In this document: piece by piece, positions 49,080 through 59,505 of the stretch
Position numbering within the stretch: the stretch's first letter is position 1
Layout: each line of letters opens with the position of its first letter
Assembly: GCA_965213705.1 (NCBI GenBank)
Contig: OZ243913.1
Location: forward strand, 640,001-704,000
Source of the DNA: Trueperaceae bacterium
GTDB lineage: Bacteria > Deinococcota > Deinococci > Deinococcales > Trueperaceae
Direction of reading: 5' to 3'
DNA length: 64,000 nt
Position numbers and translations under genes: made by a program
The notes under the pieces: model-generated
What the model was told of the DNA's origin: nothing
Database searches by the model: none
Seen by the model: the letters and a program-made list of their open reading frames with translations, nothing else

Positions 49080-50283
49080 GAATAATTTCGACAGTGGCTC
49101 TTACGTGCTGGAATTCTTTGCTGAAGACAAAAGTGAATATCAAACCTTTTTATATGACAATGCCCTCTTGAATAAAGTAAGTGAAGTGATTCGAGGCTAC
49201 CTTCCAATTGACATTGCTTATATCAGGGAACGTATTGGCAATCTAATATTTCAGTTTCCAATAACACTTGTAGCAGTCGGAGAGAGTACAAACGCCGAGG
49301 GGAATACAATTCTATTCAATGTCGCTTGGCATCCAAAATTGAAAGAATTACCGGCGTGTGGTGTTGTAGTTCAGAGTGAATTAGATGGATTATTACTCAG
49401 TTTTGCTCAACAATCAAATTTTACAGAACTTAACAGTTCTGTTCAGGTCGGTTCAACAGACGCACAGGTAGAATCATTTATTTACGATAAGTCTACGTCC
49501 TTAGATACTTCGTACTTTTCGCGGTGCAGCTATAAAGGGCTTTAATTTAGGTACAAGACTTATCAGTCCAGAAAAACGAAGTGTGAAGGTACCAAATGAG
49601 AATCAACCGGGAGATACTGTTTTTGAAATCGAGGTGGCATCAAAGGTAACCCAAGGCCAAATATCGTCTGGGGACTACCACTTTCGTATCCAATCAAGGA
49701 TTTATGACTCAGAGAGAGAAAGGCTAGCACGTGAACGAATTTTTGTTCAGTATGGAAGAGGCACTGATGATAGGATAAAGGCGTTAGAAGATGTACGATT
49801 ATTGATTCAAAAGTATGGTGAAGAAGGTGCTTATCTTTGGGATCCGTATTTATCTGGTAGAGACCTGATTCAGACACTTTTTTTCTGTAAAACTGCACAT
49901 GTTCCGCTAAGAGCTATTGGTTCGAATAAGGTTGTGGGCTTGCAGAAAAAAGACAAAGCGTGTAACGCAAAAAATTCAGCATCTCCTTGGCCTGATTGGG
50001 TGAAAGAACAAGTAAAACTATTAGAGGGTAGTAGTAATCATGTTGGTCTGAACACGGAATTTCGATGTAAATGTGGTAATGCGGGTTGGGGCTTTCACGA
50101 CAGATTTTTGATTTTCCCAAGAATGCGTGAGCCTTTAGCTTGGTCGTTAGGTATTTCTGTCAACCAATTAGGCAAAGAGCACCACATATTGCAGCGTGTG
50201 GATAATGCACAAAATATCCTAGATGCGTTTAATGACTTATGGTCTGTGCTAAAAAATCCCAACTGCCTAATTTGGAAAAAGCT

Positions 50284-51798
50284 GTGACGTCAAGAGATTA
50301 TCAAGAGTTTATCGAGATTGTTATGGAGCGAGTTGATTCGATTGAACTTGACGAGGAATTTATAGAGATTGATTCTGCAAGCTCCAAGTTAGAATTAGAG
50401 GATTTCTTTCGTGGCAGTAATCTGGACTTCATCCATGATTTGCTTAATCGCAAGCTCGGGATGCTCTTCAAATATCAAGCTTCAAGTGTGAAGTTTCCTA
50501 TTTTGCCTGAAGATGTCAAAGAGGCGGCTAAATTTTTGGTCAAGAGCAGGAGCATGTTTTGGGACGCGCTAGCTATGAGGGATGCAAAGCAACTATTGAT
50601 TGCACTGATAATCTTTAGGCGTTTTGAGCTTGATTACACACTGCTTTTTGACTCTTCACAGCTAGACCAAGAGCAACGCTCCTGGTTGGTCGGCTGTTTG
50701 ATGAAGCTTTTATCGCTCAAAACAAGTGTTGATGTTGAAGTAAACGCAAACGTGCCAGAGTATGAAAAGAAATTGCTTCAGAGTTATCAAGTTGGGTTTG
50801 AAAACCTAGACATAAGAAGAGTTTACGAATTTATAGAGGCGCTAGAGAGAAGCAATATTTTCTACAGCCACTACTTGAGTGATGAGGCGCGCAAAGTTCT
50901 TTATTATGTTGATGTCGATCAATTCGATTGGCAGCTACAGCAGAAAACGGAGCTGTTAGAGATTATCGCTTTTTTGAAAAATTTATCGTTTGGGGCCAAA
51001 CTCTTTCTCTTGAACAAAAAGCGTAATTTCAATGAATGGACTTTGTTTGAGACTGTCAGGCAACTACTTCAAAAGAAAAACTCTAATTCTTGGGACCAAG
51101 AGAATATTGAGATTCTTTCCACTGGTATAGAACGTGTTTATGAGAAAAACTCTGTATTTTTTTCGGATATGAACAGTTATTTTTTAGGGAATATCGTGTA
51201 CAATAGCGCGTTAGGAAAAGTGCTTGCAACAATAGAATTGAAACACTTCAAAGAATTCATAAATAGAATCGAATTTAGTAAGTACAAAGATGTAAACAAG
51301 CTTCGTGCCTTCTGCGAATTACTTTCGTGCCTTGACAAATACGACTCTGATACACGCACCATTTTGTTCTGCCGAAGTATTTACAAGAAGTGGGAGATTT
51401 TTCTTCAGAGTAAGTATGGTAACGGAGAGTATCTTTTTAAGCCTACAGTTACAGATTACTTTTGTGTTCTTCTAGGTCATCTCCAAATAAAGCTTGACAC
51501 TCGACGAAAAGCAGTGAGAGCCGTTGGCAAGATTGTTCAATCCCTCGAGGAAATTCAATCCAGGTGGTTTAAAAACGCAATTGAAAGAACCTCTTTCTAT
51601 TTTGTTCAGCTATCGAAACTATATCTATTGAGCTTCCTATGGCGAGAGCAGGACTTTGAATTTGCATCGAATTCGCGCGTCAAAAATAGCTTGACTGGCT
51701 TTTTATCAGACAAACGGTTTCATATATTAAATCGAGGCATAGGCGAAGGAGACTACTACTTGGAGATGTCTAAAAACTTTGGCCTCGAAAAAAAGTAA
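50284..51798 (+). CDS. AT-rich hypothetical helical protein (~500 aa)
   Basis: Long intact ORF; GTG at 50284 overlaps the upstream stop (GTGA). Confidence 0.75.
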   Translation: MTSRDYQEFIEIVMERVDSIELDEEFIEIDSASSKLELEDFFRGSNLDFIHDLLNRKLGMLFKYQASSVKFPILPEDVKEAAKFLVKSRSMFWDALAMRDAKQLLIALIIFRRFELDYTLLFDSSQLDQEQRSWLVGCLMKLLSLKTSVDVEVNANVPEYEKKLLQSYQVGFENLDIRRVYEFIEALERSNIFYSHYLSDEARKVLYYVDVDQFDWQLQQKTELLEIIAFLKNLSFGAKLFLLNKKRNFNEWTLFETVRQLLQKKNSNSWDQENIEILSTGIERVYEKNSVFFSDMNSYFLGNIVYNSALGKVLATIELKHFKEFINRIEFSKYKDVNKLRAFCELLSCLDKYDSDTRTILFCRSIYKKWEIFLQSKYGNGEYLFKPTVTDYFCVLLGHLQIKLDTRRKAVRAVGKIVQSLEEIQSRWFKNAIERTSFYFVQLSKLYLLSFLWREQDFEFASNSRVKNSLTGFLSDKRFHILNRGIGEGDYYLEMSKNFGLEKK

Positions 51799-51811
51799 TC
51801 CAAGGCTTACC

Positions 51812-54658
51812 TCAGTTCAAGACCTTCCTCAAAAACTCCCCCGTATAACTCCCCGCCACCTTCGCCACACACTCCGGCGTCCCCTGCGCGATGACCTGCC
51901 CGCCGCCGTCGCCCCCTTCCGGCCCTAAGTCGATAAGGTAGTCCGCCGTCTTGACCACGTCCAGGTTGTGCTCGATGACGATGACCGTGTTGCCCGCGTC
52001 CACCAGGCGGTGCAAGACTTCTAACAGCTTTTGAATGTCGGCAAAGTGCAGCCCCGTAGTGGGCTCGTCCAAAAAGTAGACGGTCTTGCCGGTCGAGCGT
52101 TTGGAGAGTTCCTTGGCGAGCTTGATGCGCTGCGCCTCGCCGCCGCTGAACGTCAGGGCGCTCTGGCCGAGTTTGATGTAGTCCAGCCCGACATCGTGGA
52201 GGGTTTGCAGGACGCGGTAGATTTTGGGGTGGTTCTCGAAGAAAAGAAGCGCTTCTTGCACGTCCATCTCGAGCACGTCCGCAATCGTTTTGCCCTTGTA
52301 ACGCACCTGCAGGGTTTCGCGGTTGTAGCGGTGGCCGTTGCACTCTTTACACGTGACCCACACGTCGGCCAAAAAGTGCATCTCGATTTGGATGGAGCCG
52401 TAACCGCCGCAAGCTTCGCAGCGGCCGCCTTTGACGTTGAAGGAAAAACGCCCTTTTTTGTAGCCGCGCTTTTTCGCTTCGGGTACAAGCGCGAACACGT
52501 CGCGGATGTGGTCGAACACGCCCGCGTAGGTCGCCGGGTTGCTGCGCGGCGTGCGACCGATGGGGTCCTGGGTGATGTGGATGACCTTGTCGAGGTGCTC
52601 GAGGCCGCCGATGCTTTTGTGCGGCCCAGCCGTGACCGAAGCCCCGTTGAGGCTGCGCGCGAGGGCCGGGTAGAGCGTCCCGGTGACGAGGCTCGACTTG
52701 CCGCTGCCCGACACGCCCGTGACGCAAGTGAGTGTGCCGAGCGGGATGCGGGCGTCCACCTGCTGTAAGTTGTGGAGGCTGGCACCACAGATTTCGAGAT
52801 AATTCTCGCCCCGCCGCCGCTCGGGGTTGGGCGGCGCGATGGTGTCTTTGCCGCTCAGGTAGCGGCCCGTCAGGGACTTGCTGCTCTTGAGGATTTGCTT
52901 GTGCGTGCCCGCCGCGACGAGGTCGCCGCCCTGGACGCCCGCGCCGGGGCCGAGGTCGAGAATATAGTCGGCCCGGCTCATCGTCTCTTCGTCGTGCTCG
53001 ACGACCAACACCGTGTTGCCCATGTCGCGGAGGCGCTCGAGCGTTTGAATGAGCGCCTCGTTGTCGCGCGCGTGGAGGCCGATACTCGGTTCGTCCAGGA
53101 TATAGAGCACGCCCATCAGTCCGCTGCCGATTTGTGAGGCCAAACGGATGCGCTGACCCTCGCCGCCGGAAAGTGTCCCGGCGCGGCGGTCGAGCGTGAG
53201 GTAGTGCAGCCCGACGTTGAGCATGAACTGCAAGCGCTCGCGGATTTCCTTGAGGACTTCCCCGGCAATCTCGAGGTCGCGCTCACCCGCCTCAGTCTCG
53301 AACCTTTTAATCCACGCGGTCGCCTCGCCGATAGAAAAGGCGCTCAGCGCGGGCAGCGACGCGCCGCCGACGGTGACGGCCCTGGCTGCGGGGCTCAGGC
53401 GTTCGCCCGCACAGTCCGGGCAGGGCAACTCGTTCATAAACGTCTCGTACCACTCGCGCGCGTCGTCCGAGTCGGTCTCGCGGTAGCGCTGCTCGATATT
53501 GTACATCGCGCCCCAGATTTTGCGGTTGCGCGTGCGCACCGTGCCGCGTTTGTTGGTGTGGCGAATGGGGATGGTCTGGCCGCCGGAGCCGTAGAGCAGC
53601 GCGTGCCGCGTCTCTTCGGGCAAGTCTTTCCAGGGTGTGTCGAGGTCTCCGCCGTAATGGGCGACGATGGAGGCGACCACGCTCACCGTCCAGCCGGACT
53701 TTTTCTTCAGTTCGCCGTAGTAGCCCATCGCGCCGTCGTTCAGGCTCAGGCTCGAGTTCGGAACAACGAGGTTTGGGTCGGCGCTCGCCTGCGTGCCGAG
53801 GCCGTGGCAGGTTTCGCACATGCCGAGGGGCGAGTTGAAGCTGAACATCTGCGTGGAGAGTTCGGGAAACGAGATGTCGCAGTGGGGACAGGCATTGTGC
53901 TCGCTCAGCAGCACGTCAGCCTCGCCCGTGTCGGCGATGAGGAGGCCGTTTGCGGTTTTCAGGGTGAGTTCGACGGACTCGGTCAGTCGGCCCATGAACG
54001 CAGCGTCGTCCGCGGCATCTTCAGGAATGACGAGGCGGTCGATGATGACTTCGATGGAGTGTTTGTTCTTTTTCTCGAGGTCGATGTCGTCCGTCAGCGT
54101 GAGGGTTTCGCCGTTGACACGGGCGCGTATGAAACCGGCGGCGCGCGCGTCTTTGATGACCTCGACGTGCGTGCCCTTGCGGTTGCGGACAACGGGGGCC
54201 AACAGTTGCAGCTTCGTTCCCTCGGGCAAAGCAGCAAGTTGCCGGGCGATTTGTTCGGCGCTCTGCGCGTGGACCTCGCGGCCGCAATTCGGGCAGTGCG
54301 GCGTGCCGATGTTGGCGTAGAGCACGCGCAAGTAGTCCATCACTTCGGTGACAGTCGCGACGGTCGAGCGGGGGTTTTTGCTCACGGTTTTTTGCTCGAT
54401 GGCGATGGCGGGGGAGAGGCCGCCGATGTAGTCGACCTTGGGCTTTTCCATCTGGCCCAAAAACTGCCGCGCGTAGCTCGACAAGCTCTCGACGTAGCGC
54501 CGCTGTCCCTCGGCATAAATGGTGTCAAAGGCTAAGCTCGACTTGCCCGAACCCGACACGCCGGTAATCACCACGAGTTTGTCCCTGGGAATCGTCACGT
54601 CGATGTTTTTCAAGTTGTGGTGCTTCGCGCCGCGAACCGTAATGTGCTTTAAGGCCAT
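51812..54658 (-). CDS. uvrA: Excinuclease ABC subunit A
   Basis: Two ABC cassettes (GVSGSGKSS, LSGGE, LDEP), zinc fingers, IGRTPRSNPATY. Confidence 0.97.
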   Translation of the reverse strand: MALKHITVRGAKHHNLKNIDVTIPRDKLVVITGVSGSGKSSLAFDTIYAEGQRRYVESLSSYARQFLGQMEKPKVDYIGGLSPAIAIEQKTVSKNPRSTVATVTEVMDYLRVLYANIGTPHCPNCGREVHAQSAEQIARQLAALPEGTKLQLLAPVVRNRKGTHVEVIKDARAAGFIRARVNGETLTLTDDIDLEKKNKHSIEVIIDRLVIPEDAADDAAFMGRLTESVELTLKTANGLLIADTGEADVLLSEHNACPHCDISFPELSTQMFSFNSPLGMCETCHGLGTQASADPNLVVPNSSLSLNDGAMGYYGELKKKSGWTVSVVASIVAHYGGDLDTPWKDLPEETRHALLYGSGGQTIPIRHTNKRGTVRTRNRKIWGAMYNIEQRYRETDSDDAREWYETFMNELPCPDCAGERLSPAARAVTVGGASLPALSAFSIGEATAWIKRFETEAGERDLEIAGEVLKEIRERLQFMLNVGLHYLTLDRRAGTLSGGEGQRIRLASQIGSGLMGVLYILDEPSIGLHARDNEALIQTLERLRDMGNTVLVVEHDEETMSRADYILDLGPGAGVQGGDLVAAGTHKQILKSSKSLTGRYLSGKDTIAPPNPERRRGENYLEICGASLHNLQQVDARIPLGTLTCVTGVSGSGKSSLVTGTLYPALARSLNGASVTAGPHKSIGGLEHLDKVIHITQDPIGRTPRSNPATYAGVFDHIRDVFALVPEAKKRGYKKGRFSFNVKGGRCEACGGYGSIQIEMHFLADVWVTCKECNGHRYNRETLQVRYKGKTIADVLEMDVQEALLFFENHPKIYRVLQTLHDVGLDYIKLGQSALTFSGGEAQRIKLAKELSKRSTGKTVYFLDEPTTGLHFADIQKLLEVLHRLVDAGNTVIVIEHNLDVVKTADYLIDLGPEGGDGGGQVIAQGTPECVAKVAGSYTGEFLRKVLN

Positions 54659-54843
54659 GAAAGTCTCCCGCTCGAGCTGAACTTATCTACCTAGCCGACC
54701 AAACTCAACGAAAAAGTATACCTTAAAAATTAAGGACTCTGTCAGGTTTAGGACAAGGTTGACTTGGCAACTCGAGCAAACCTGAAACCCTCGGAGAGCA
54801 GCCCAAGTAGGTCTCAAGAGGAAATGCGACTATACTTAAACCC

Positions 54844-55785
54844 ATGAGTATCAGAAAATCTATACGAACACGCAAGTTGAAGCACCTTGGGTTGACCTAC
54901 TTACTACTTTTGGGCGGAGCTTGGGCACAAGGAGAAAAGATACCCGCTTTTCAAGTCATTCCCGTTTACGAAGGTCAGTTGGCTTTTATAGAGGCAATTC
55001 AAGCACAACCGGAACTGAGGCCCCTCGAGAAAACCGAACGTTATCAGGAGCTTGCCCTCGCTCCTTACGCCGAGGTGTGTGGGGCTGAGGGCGAAAAAGC
55101 GTTCGTTCAAAGTAACTACGGTTATGAGGTCAATGACCTCGAGACCTGGAAAAATGCTGTTCAGGACCTTATAGCAACAGATATAGCCGGTGCCGTCGAG
55201 GAAGGCGTGACGAGGTCGGCGTCTCTATTGTCGGCAGACCCTATCACCTTTTGTGTCTTTGCCCTGCACCCGAGCGAAAATACCTCGCTGTTGAAAAGGT
55301 TGGGGGGCGTGACGGGCTACACCGCTGCGGGAAACGTTGTTCTTCTCGAGGTTTACCCCGAGGGGGCGTGGCTCGAGTGGGTCGCGCCCAGCGTCGCCCA
55401 CGAGTACCACCACGCGGCTTGGTTGCAGCGCTTCCCGGACGGTTTTGACGGCTTCCAACTCACTGATTACCTTATCCTCGAGGGTAGAGCCGGCAGTTTT
55501 GCGGAGCTTGCTTACCCCGATTCTCCGGAACCCTGGACCAAAGCCTTGACCCCGGACGAACAGCATGTGCAGTGGGAAGCTTTACAGCCTCACTTGGGAA
55601 CGCGCAACCGGGGGCTCCAACAGAGAATTATGTTCGGCGGCGAGCGCTACCCTACCTGGACGGGTTATGTGATTGGCTTTAACATCGTTCAGTCATTTTT
55701 GAAAAAGCACCCGGACATGGATGTTGCAACTTGGACGGAGATGGACGCCCAAGAACTTTTGGAGCGCAGCGGCTACGCGCCTTGA
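54844..55785 (+). CDS. Secreted putative Zn-dependent protease (DUF2268-like)
   Basis: HEYHH, ILEGRA, YPTWTGYVIGFNIV; signal-like segment; TATACT 7 nt before ATG. Confidence 0.8.
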   Translation: MSIRKSIRTRKLKHLGLTYLLLLGGAWAQGEKIPAFQVIPVYEGQLAFIEAIQAQPELRPLEKTERYQELALAPYAEVCGAEGEKAFVQSNYGYEVNDLETWKNAVQDLIATDIAGAVEEGVTRSASLLSADPITFCVFALHPSENTSLLKRLGGVTGYTAAGNVVLLEVYPEGAWLEWVAPSVAHEYHHAAWLQRFPDGFDGFQLTDYLILEGRAGSFAELAYPDSPEPWTKALTPDEQHVQWEALQPHLGTRNRGLQQRIMFGGERYPTWTGYVIGFNIVQSFLKKHPDMDVATWTEMDAQELLERSGYAP

Positions 55786-56029
55786 CCCCACGTTTTCTTC
55801 AGCACTACGACTTTTTTACTGCTCAGCGAACATAATTCCGAAGCGACCATGTTGAAGAGGTTTGTGCTTACCTGAGTGAGCAAGAAAAGTGACCTAAACG
55901 TAACGTAGTACCGGGTCAGACTGTACACTTGAGACAGGATGAAACCGACAACGACTGAGACAGCTGAGTTTGAGGTCAGGTTTGGGTGTACGGTGCGCGT
56001 TTGCGCTCGAGGGCTCTCGAGGTGTGTCT

Positions 56030-56923
56030 ATGCGGATTAGGGTCGGCTGTGAACTCCTTTACAAAATACCTTACGAAGCGCCCCTCATCATCAAAGTGCA
56101 ATTGCGGGGCGGCCGCTATCACGAGCTTGTCGAGGAGCGCTGGGGCGCGACGCCCGACATCCCCATCACCACCTTCACAGACGAGTTCGGCAACCAGGTG
56201 TGGCGCTTGCTCGCGCCCGGCGGCGAGTTGCGCCTGAAGTACGACGCCCTCGCCGAGGTGCCGCCGGAACCCGACGCGGTGTTGCCCGACCTCAAAAAAG
56301 ACCTCGTCCAAGACTTGCCCGACGACGTGCTCATGTACACCCTGCCGAGCCGCTACTGCCAGTCCGACCTGTTTATCGACGACGCCTGGCGGATGTTCGG
56401 CGACGTCACGCCGGGCTGGGCGCAGGTGCAGGCGATTTGTGACTGGCTGCACGGCAACATCGCTTACGAGGCGGGCAGCACGCCGTCGACCACCAGTTTC
56501 GACGCTTACCAAGAGCAGCGCGGTGTGTGCCGCGACTTCGCGCACTTAGGCGTGTCGTTTTGCCGCGCGCTGAACATCCCGGCGCGCTACACCTGCGGCT
56601 ATTTACCCGACATCGGCGTGCCGCTGCCCCCCGTGCCGATGGACTTTCACGCCTGGTTTGAGGCGTACCTGGACGGCGACTGGCGCACCTTCGACGCGCG
56701 CCACAACGAGCCGCGAATAGGCCGGGCACTTATCGCTTACGGCCGCGACGCGGTCGACGCGGCCTTTGCCACCTCGTTCGGGGCGAGCCGGCTCACCCGT
56801 TTGCAAGTCTGGGCCGACCGAGTCGACGAAAAAACGACCCTCGACGACCCGCTCGTACCCCAGTATCCCTTTGCCGAGCCGAGCATCATCCACAACGAGC
56901 CACAAAACGAGGTACAGAAGTGA
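56030..56923 (+). CDS. Transglutaminase-like protein
   Basis: PSRYCQSD, GVCRDFAH, DFHAWFE, FDARHN. Confidence 0.9.
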   Translation: MRIRVGCELLYKIPYEAPLIIKVQLRGGRYHELVEERWGATPDIPITTFTDEFGNQVWRLLAPGGELRLKYDALAEVPPEPDAVLPDLKKDLVQDLPDDVLMYTLPSRYCQSDLFIDDAWRMFGDVTPGWAQVQAICDWLHGNIAYEAGSTPSTTSFDAYQEQRGVCRDFAHLGVSFCRALNIPARYTCGYLPDIGVPLPPVPMDFHAWFEAYLDGDWRTFDARHNEPRIGRALIAYGRDAVDAAFATSFGASRLTRLQVWADRVDEKTTLDDPLVPQYPFAEPSIIHNEPQNEVQK

Positions 56924-57846
56924 TGCCGGGTGCGTTGGCCCCCGAAGTCGCGTTTTTGAATCACCGCGAGTTGAGTTGGCAGGGCGTGAAGCGGGCGCGC
57001 TACCTGTTTTACCAGCACTTTCACTACGCTTACCCCGGTCCCATCCGCGACCTGCGTCACCGGCTGGTGGTCGTGCCCGCCGCGCGCTACGGCGACCAGC
57101 AACTCTGCGACCACCACCTCCGGGTCGCGCCGGTCGAGGTAAGGACAAATAGCACCCTGGACGCCTTCGGCAACCGTGTTTTTGAATTCGAGGCTCCCAG
57201 GGTAACGGGCGCAGTCTCGTTCGAAGTGCTGACCGAACTCGAGCGCACCACCGCCGACCACCCTCACCTCACACCGGGTGTGGACGCCGACCTGTTTTTG
57301 GAGCCGACCGCGCTCACCGAGGCCGACGCGCGCATTCGTGAGACGGCGCTGGGTCTCGGAGAAACCGCTGCGGACGACCGCGTCCTCGCCGCCGCCATCA
57401 ACGCTTGGGTTTACGGCGCGATGCGCTACGGCTACGGCGTGACCCACGTCGGCACCACCGCCGCGCAAGCTTTAGCGACCGGCCAAGGTTTGTGCCAGGA
57501 CTACGCCCACCTCATGCTGGCGCTCTGCCGCGCGGCGGGGCTGCGGGCGCGCTACGTGTCGGGGCACATGCTCGCCGAGGGCGGTTCGCACGCCTGGGTC
57601 GAAGTCTTGTTGCCGGTCGCGGACGGTTTCGAGGTCGTCGCCTACGACCCGACCAACAAGCGCCGGCCGGGGTTGAACTACGTCACCGTGGCGGTGGGGC
57701 GCGACTACCGCGACGTCGCGCCGACCTCGGGGTCTTACCAGGGGTCGTACGTCGGACAGCTGACCATCACCAAGCGCGCCGGGCTGACCGCCGTGGAATA
57801 CGAGTGTGGGCAGGTCGTGGGCGACCACACGCGATTGGCCGCTTGA
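56920..57846 (+). CDS. Transglutaminase-like protein with N-terminal domain
   Basis: DAFGN, GLCQDYAH, SHAWVE, YDPTN, GRDYRDVAP. Confidence 0.9.
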   Translation: MMPGALAPEVAFLNHRELSWQGVKRARYLFYQHFHYAYPGPIRDLRHRLVVVPAARYGDQQLCDHHLRVAPVEVRTNSTLDAFGNRVFEFEAPRVTGAVSFEVLTELERTTADHPHLTPGVDADLFLEPTALTEADARIRETALGLGETAADDRVLAAAINAWVYGAMRYGYGVTHVGTTAAQALATGQGLCQDYAHLMLALCRAAGLRARYVSGHMLAEGGSHAWVEVLLPVADGFEVVAYDPTNKRRPGLNYVTVAVGRDYRDVAPTSGSYQGSYVGQLTITKRAGLTAVEYECGQVVGDHTRLAA

Positions 57847-57848
57847 GG

Positions 57849-58484
57849 TCAGCCGACCGGCACCTCTTTTTGCTTTTCTGACGACCGCGCGGCTCGAGCC
57901 TTTTTAGGCTTCGCCTGTTTCTCTTCTACAGGCTCCTTGTCCACATCTTTTTTGGCTTGCCGCACCTTGACGCTTTCCAGCGGCGTGTCCCGCGCGGGCA
58001 GTTTGAGCTTGTCGCGCGCGCCGTCGTAGGCGTTCAGCAGTAGGTAAACCGCGCCTTGCAGGTCGGAAAGTCCGCTCAGCAAATTGTCCTTGGTGCCGTT
58101 CATGAGGTTCAGGCTGTTGGCGTTGGCTTGCTCGAGTTCCTGCACGCTAGAGAGCAGGTCGCGCGCCGCCTGGCTCGCGTAGACGGTCTTTTTAGCTACA
58201 CGCTCTTTGTGCAGTTCGCCGAAGTAGCTCTTTTTCCAAACGGCCAACTTTTTGTCGTCGGCTATCGAAAAGTCCACCACGTCCACGTCGCGGCTGAGCA
58301 GTTTGTCGCTACCCTCGACGCGCTCTAGCCACACGTTCAGGGTGGTAGGTAGGGTGTGGCCTTCCAAATTCAAGTCGCCCGCCGCGACGTCCGTTTTGAC
58401 GCGCTCGTATAGCGCTTTGAGGTCGCGCCGGTTTTTGACTTCGAAAGCTTCGTCTTGTAAAAAGCTGCTAAAGGTTACGGGCAT
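57849..58484 (-). CDS. Hypothetical protein with Lys-rich C-terminal tail
   Basis: ORF with GGAGG RBS and protein-like composition. Confidence 0.7.
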   Translation of the reverse strand: MPVTFSSFLQDEAFEVKNRRDLKALYERVKTDVAAGDLNLEGHTLPTTLNVWLERVEGSDKLLSRDVDVVDFSIADDKKLAVWKKSYFGELHKERVAKKTVYASQAARDLLSSVQELEQANANSLNLMNGTKDNLLSGLSDLQGAVYLLLNAYDGARDKLKLPARDTPLESVKVRQAKKDVDKEPVEEKQAKPKKARAARSSEKQKEVPVG

Positions 58485-58691
58485 GTTTTCCTCCAAAAAT
58501 TTCGTCGTCTGCCGTAGCGTTCAAAGGATACCTTAGATTTTAAGGTAGTTGTGTCTGCGCCCGTGCGAAGTTTTGGGAAGTGACCGACGTCATCTCCGGA
58601 GGGTAGTGAAAAAACAGAAAAAAACTAAGTCTTCCCGAAAAGTCAGCCCGCTCCTTTTTAAGGTTTTCGAACAGGGCCAAGCAAGGCCTAG

Positions 58692-59369
58692 CTACCAAGC
58701 CAGGGGAGACCCGTCGTAATTCAGGTACACGCCGGACTCGTCCGTTTTCAGCTTCGCTAAAGCGTCTTTCATCTCCCGGACGCTTTCTTCCGGGCTGAGG
58801 CTGGCATTGGGTCCGCCCATGTCGGTGCGCACCCAACCGGGGCTTATCGCTACCGTGCGGATATTCTGCGGTTTCAAGTCCTGCGCCAAGGTGGCGACGA
58901 CCATGTTGAGGGCGGCTTTGGAACTGCGGTAGACGATTTCTCCGCCGGTCGACCCTGCAACACTTCCCAAAGCGCTGCTCATAAAAACCAGCAGCTTGTC
59001 CTGACTGGTTGCCACGTTGCGAACAAAGGCTTGCGCAACGAGTGTGGGCGCGACTACGTTGACGCTGAGGACGTTCGACCAAACGTCTCGGTTCAGGTCG
59101 GCAAGCTCTACGCCTCTGGGGCCGAACATGCCTGCGTTGTTAAAAAGAATGTCGATGGGTTCGCCTTTGAGTTTTTCGCTGAGCGCGCCGGTGGAAGCGC
59201 CGTCGGTCACGTCCAGTTCCAAGGGCTCGAGCCCCAGCTTCCGGAGCGCGTGAGCCGCCTGGGGTTCGCGGCAGGTGGCGAGGACCCGCCACTGGTCGGC
59301 TTGGTACTGTTTAGCCAGCTCCAGGCCCAAGCCCCTGTTCGCACCCGTGACGAGAATAGTTTTGGTCAT
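58692..59369 (-). CDS. SDR oxidoreductase (CsgA/C-factor-like)
   Basis: TGANRGLG, NNAG, YRSSKAALN, PGWVRTDMGG. Confidence 0.92.
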   Translation of the reverse strand: MTKTILVTGANRGLGLELAKQYQADQWRVLATCREPQAAHALRKLGLEPLELDVTDGASTGALSEKLKGEPIDILFNNAGMFGPRGVELADLNRDVWSNVLSVNVVAPTLVAQAFVRNVATSQDKLLVFMSSALGSVAGSTGGEIVYRSSKAALNMVVATLAQDLKPQNIRTVAISPGWVRTDMGGPNASLSPEESVREMKDALAKLKTDESGVYLNYDGSPLAW

Positions 59370-59505
59370 GGGTCAGCTTAGCGCGACTTCGGCGGCAGAC
59401 ACAGGTGCCGTTCCTAGTGACCATCTTTCTGCTCGAGGGTTTTCGACACGCCGCTCGGTGCTTTGCGACGCAGACCGAAACCGACCTCCGGCTCTAAACT
59501 TCGGT

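Larger units (their letters stand above)
47607..50287 (+). pseudogene. AT-rich gene with PLD-like HDRF C-terminal domain (resembles VPA1262 family), split by an IS and a +1 frameshift
   Basis: Removing the IS and one TSD joins VLKN-NFDSGSYVLEFF in frame; one extra base near 49504; C-terminus WDPYL and FHDRFLIFP...WSLGISVNQLG. Confidence 0.75.

Noticed and set aside
53204..54535. Long opposite-strand ORFs (also 623-1582, 3148-4353, 24625-25791, 32923-33999)
   Set aside because: Shadow frames of well-supported genes in high-GC DNA
54660..54840. Radiation/desiccation response motif upstream of uvrA
   Set aside because: No convincing 17 bp palindrome found by eye
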